A stretch of 33,228 nucleotides of DNA, from NCBI GenBank assembly GCA_000934665.2, contig JYFJ02004304.1:1-33228 (forward strand), written 5' to 3'. The translations under genes and the position numbers were made by a program. The notes under the pieces are model-generated. The model had not been told where the DNA came from, did no database searches, and saw nothing but the letters and a program-made list of their open reading frames with translations. The stretch comes from Catajapyx aquilonaris. Taxonomy: Eukaryota. Position 1 is the stretch's first letter. Every line of letters begins with the position of its first letter. Below are positions 29,061 to 33,228 of this stretch, one piece after another.

Positions 29061-30519
29061 ACCTATATACTCCTCTTCCATTGAAAAGAGTTGTGACTAA
29101 CGTGCTTCTGAGGGTGTGGGACCTACCCCATTATAATTACGAAGCCTTCTGTTGCTGTTAGGACGCCGTCGGAATACTCAAGGACAGGTGTTATGTTTTT
29201 TTTTTTCTTCTGCCCCTTCTACTTCTTCCAGGTGATGTCCGCGAAGAACTGTCTGGTGGTGTAGGGACCCCCCTCTTCTATTTAACATGCAACCCTATGT
29301 ATAGGGAGGGGTAGATGGGACTTATCATTTATCAAGTTTCCCACTTTCAAATTTTGCCTTTTCCGGCTTCCGTCCCCGCCAACTCCCGGAATGATTTATT
29401 AATTCCATGGGAATGTCATGAGACGGCCATTTGTAAGTTTTTGACACCACAAACTTTTTTTTAAAAAAGAAACCGACTATCATTTTGAAGTTTGTTGGCG
29501 CCTAATTACAACTGGTTTTGTTTTTCAAACGCTGGAGATATAGTGACACAATAGATATGTTTCGGCTCCCTTTTTTAAACATTTTTATCTAACACTTTTT
29601 GAGTGGACTAATGGGCCCAAACAAAAGCCGGAAAGTTGAGATTAACATCGTGAACGCTCCCATTTTTTTTTTTCTATATGAAAAAAAAGTCTGGACATGT
29701 TTCTCAAAAATATAAGCTTTTGTGCAGTTTTAATAGGAAAAAAAAATTCATGCGAACAGTACATGTCACGCGGCTAGGTTTAATTAGATGTCGTGTGTAT
29801 GTGAAATGTGACCTTTATACAACAAGATGCGGAAAAATCCTTCAAGATGCTGAGAATCCACGTCACGATGACCATGATTTCTCTCACTCATTTTTCTCTC
29901 AAATCTCACGCGAGATCCCATTTGGACACTTCCTATATTATATGGTCTCATTTGGAAGCGTTAAAAAAAATTTGTCATGATGCTAGGCCTAAGGGACCTG
30001 TTGACAAAATGTCTTCCTCTAAGAATAGCCTTACAAGATGGCTGAAAAGGAGGAGGAAGCTACTGGACACAGAAGCTACCATGACTTTGACCAACTTTGA
30101 TATATAAAAAAAAGAAGAGCAGGTTATTAAACCTGAAGGATAAATAGTCGCGGTCTGGATGAATATTTCTTTTTGAAAGACTGACCTCTTGGTGAAAGAA
30201 GAAGAAAAAAAAACTGCACGCTAATTCGGGCATTCAGATGGGTCTTGTCCGGCTTGGATTCATAGTCACGATGCTTCCGACAGTCCAAACAGAATCACAT
30301 TGCTCAGTGGCTGGAGAAGTAGTCACAACTAGTTTTCTATACCGAGGAACAGGGTAGCAGGAAATTGACACTGGTCCTTTAATGCCGCGTAATTAAGCCG
30401 CACTTTTAACACCAGGCCTTTTAAAGCTGAAAGACAATTCGGTTGATTTTGAATGGCGTCGGGGAATTGTCGCAAATTTTGGATATTATGATAGGTTCTA
30501 TAAAATAAGCTATTCAGAA

Positions 30520-30930
30520 CGTGTATTTTATTAATTATCTTTTTATTTTACAATGTTATTATTTGCAAATTCTTATTTTATAATGTCAATATTTTGTAGC
30601 GTACTTATTGATTTAATTTATTATTTAATTAATCTGTTGAAGTTATTTTTATCAATTTTTGATTAATTTACTATTTTAAGCAATGATTTTATATGATAAT
30701 TTTATATCATTTGTAGTTTATCTATTATGATTGAATTTATTATTTCAATTAATTTATTATTTTATTTTATGCCTTGTAATGGATTTATTCCGACATAATT
30801 AATTATTTTATTTTGTCTGGGAATTTATTTATTCTGACATAACATTTATTGTTTTAATTGATTAATTATTTTATTGTATTTCTTATTCGTAATTTATTTA
30901 TGGCCTTGTTTTATAATTTTTATTATTTCA
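30520..30930. repeat. AT-rich low-complexity tract (degenerate TTTA/ATT repeats)
   Basis: Visual composition, T-rich on the + strand. Confidence 0.65.
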
Positions 30931-31875
30931 TAACATGATGCTCAAGCAAGATATGAATATTTCAGAAAATAATTCGTGTGGTTTTCATATGCAGACCATC
31001 GCGTTGTAAATGATACTGCAAAAAAAAAAAAAAAAATCCGAGCATGAGTATGAAGTTTCCATAATGATACACTTATTACCTTTTAAAAAAATGGATGTCA
31101 ATAATTACGTGCTGCCAAAAAAGGGGGTGTTCAAAACCGTTACAAAGACGGAATTAGGGGCCTTTAGAAAACTTGCGGATGATACGAGGTCGAGATTTTC
31201 AGAAATTTTAGTGTCAGCGTAATTTGACGGAAGGAGATATAAATGATGTCTCTTGCCACGAATATGTCCCCCTGTGCCTTTTTTTTTCTCTCTCTTCCAC
31301 ATTATTATTTTTGTCCCGGACATCGACCCCCCTTCGGACCTGGAACAAAAATTTGCGAGTAAGCACATCCAAACTGGAACAAAAGGAAGATTCATTATTT
31401 GAAGGGGGGGGTCGAACCCAGGGTCCCCCAGGTGATGATAGTCTTTCATTTTACGCCCGATTTAAACTCAATTTTGGGAGGTTTTGTCAGCCACTTTACC
31501 ATTTTTGGGTGGGTTCCTTTTTTTCTTTTTTTCTTTTTTTTAAAGGAAGGGTAGTCAGCAGTGGGATTAATTGAGGTGCTAAGTCCACCCTCTTCCTTCC
31601 GAACGGATGATTTTTACCGTTAATGATTTTTTGAGAGGGGATGTAGCAGCACCCCTTATTTGAAGGGGCTGGGTGGCCAAATCTTTGGCCATATCTCGTC
31701 ACCTGCTACCACCAAACTAAACAGGGAGCACTCCAGTAATGGTCAGGAGTACCACCTTAGGGCTTGATTACGATGTTAATGGACTAATTAGGAGGCCTAA
31801 GTTTACCCAATTTCCTAAGCGCTACTGTGGATGAATTGCATTTTAATAATACGTGGTTTAATTAATGCACCTGAT

Positions 31876-32730
31876 ATTAGCAGCTAATTTTAACTACTAA
31901 TAATAACTGCTTAAAATTATCAGTTTTAACTAAAAGAGCAGCTTTAACTAAATAACAGCTCCTTAAAATTTGCGACTTTAATTAACATAATAACGGATTA
32001 AAATTAACAGCTTTAACTAAAATAGCGACCTCTTTAAATTAGCAGCTAATTTTAACTACTAATAAAAACTATTTAAATTAGCATCTTTAGCTAAAAATAA
32101 CTGCTTAAAATTAACAGCTTTAACTTAAATAACTTGAAAATAACATCCTCTTAAAATTATAGCCAGCTAATTTAACTACTAATAATAACTGTTTAAAATT
32201 AGCCGTTTTAACTAAAATAATAACGGCTTAAAATGAACAGCTTTAACTAAAGTAACCACCTCTTAAAATGAGCATCTAATTTTAACAACTAATAATAACC
32301 ACTTAAATTAACAGCTTTAGCTAAAAATAACGTCTTAAAATTAACATCTTTAACTGGAATAATAAAGGCTTTGAATTAACAGCTTTAACTAAAATAACTT
32401 GAAAATAACATCCTCTTAAAATTATAGGGAGCTAATTTAACTACTAATAATAACTGTTTAAAATTAGCCGTTTTAACTAAAATAATAACGGCTTAAAATC
32501 AACAGCTTTAACTATAAATGAGTAGCTAATTTTAACTGTACTAATAACTATATAAATTAGCAGCTTTAACTATACTTGTAAAATAACATTCTTAAAATTA
32601 TCGGCTAATTTTAACTACTAATATCTACTTGAATTAGCAGCGTTACACCCTCCTAAGAGAGCCACAGGGTCTATCACGGAGTAGCAAAAAAAGATGATTA
32701 GCAGAATTAACTAAAATAATAACTGCTTAG
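31876..32730. repeat. Satellite/minisatellite array of ~30-39-bp AT-rich monomers with higher-order structure
   Basis: More than 20 variants of AAATTA(G/A)CAGCT(AAT)TTTAACTA(CT)AA(T)AATAAC; a ~120-bp block at 32131 recurs at 32396. Confidence 0.9.
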
Positions 32731-33228
32731 CAAATTGGTGGTAAAAATTCCCACTAACGCTCTTGCATAATCAGGTTTTCAATAAAATTAGGGAATAATT
32801 GAGGGATATTCCATGCGTTTAATTCGTACGTATGCCCCNCCTGTAATTATGACATAAGACGATGCCTGGAGGCGCCTTTTGGGTTGGGTTTTCCTCGATG
32901 ACGTCTATAGGTTACGAATTATTACAGTCCAATATTTTGCCACAATATTTGCGTCTATCTAGTGAAGTAGAAACCTCAACCGGTGGAAGTGGCTTTCGTG
33001 ATTGGTAGACCTGCGGAAATGATGCGGGTTCTCTGTGTGGGGTTGGGTGAGGGGGTTTCAAACTTCCGTGAGTTACCCATACCGGTCCCTAGGGTTTTGG
33101 ACTCTTCCTTCCGCTTACCAGATGGTCTGCATGGGGCTACTGACTATCGGGGACTCTGAGGGATAATCGTTTGATGGGTCCGGATGGAAGGTGCTGACCA
33201 CCGGCCCTAATCAAGGGGGAGGTCAAAA

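Noticed and set aside
30010..30107. Small ORFs MSSSKNSLTRWLKRRRK... and MAEKEEEATGHRSYHDFDQL
   Set aside because: Too short, no recognisable homology and no supporting splice structure.
31323..31501. tRNA or SINE on - (A-box-like TGGTAAAGTGG at 31501-31491, B-box-like GGTTCGACCC at 31418-31409)
   Set aside because: No cloverleaf, box spacing is long (~70 nt), and the B-box match is one arm of a local inverted repeat (31323-31335 / 31401-31415). tRNAscan-SE would settle it.
31876..32730. CRISPR-like array
   Set aside because: Eukaryotic context, contiguous degenerate monomers without unique spacers, and no cas genes.

Overview
Eukaryotic, most likely arthropod, genomic DNA containing two convergent intron-rich genes that can be reconstructed exon by exon. 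(1) On + is calcineurin A (PP2B catalytic subunit): ten coding exons from 2324 to the stop at 8946. The first coding exon is not visible in the window. It is followed by a probable 3'UTR intron (8975-10286) and a long 3'UTR reaching about 14.6 kb. (2) On - is a complete 8-exon, 600-aa SLC22 transporter closely resembling the Drosophila carcinine transporter CarT (ATG 19682, stop 14905). The last 13 kb has no convincing coding sequence. It holds a bZIP/E-box-rich upstream region, non-autonomous DNA transposons (Kolobok-like with TTAA duplication, Harbinger-like foldback), AT-rich tracts and a satellite array. The most notable hidden signal is an apparent alternative-splicing module in the 2.4-kb calcineurin intron between the CnB-binding helix and the calmodulin-binding domain: a frame-preserving 36/24-nt microexon (7242-7277), a ~196-nt AG-free zone upstream, six TGCATG (Rbfox) motifs downstream, and a candidate truncating exon that could end in a CaaX-like motif. 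All calls were made by eye; no database searches or folding programs were run.
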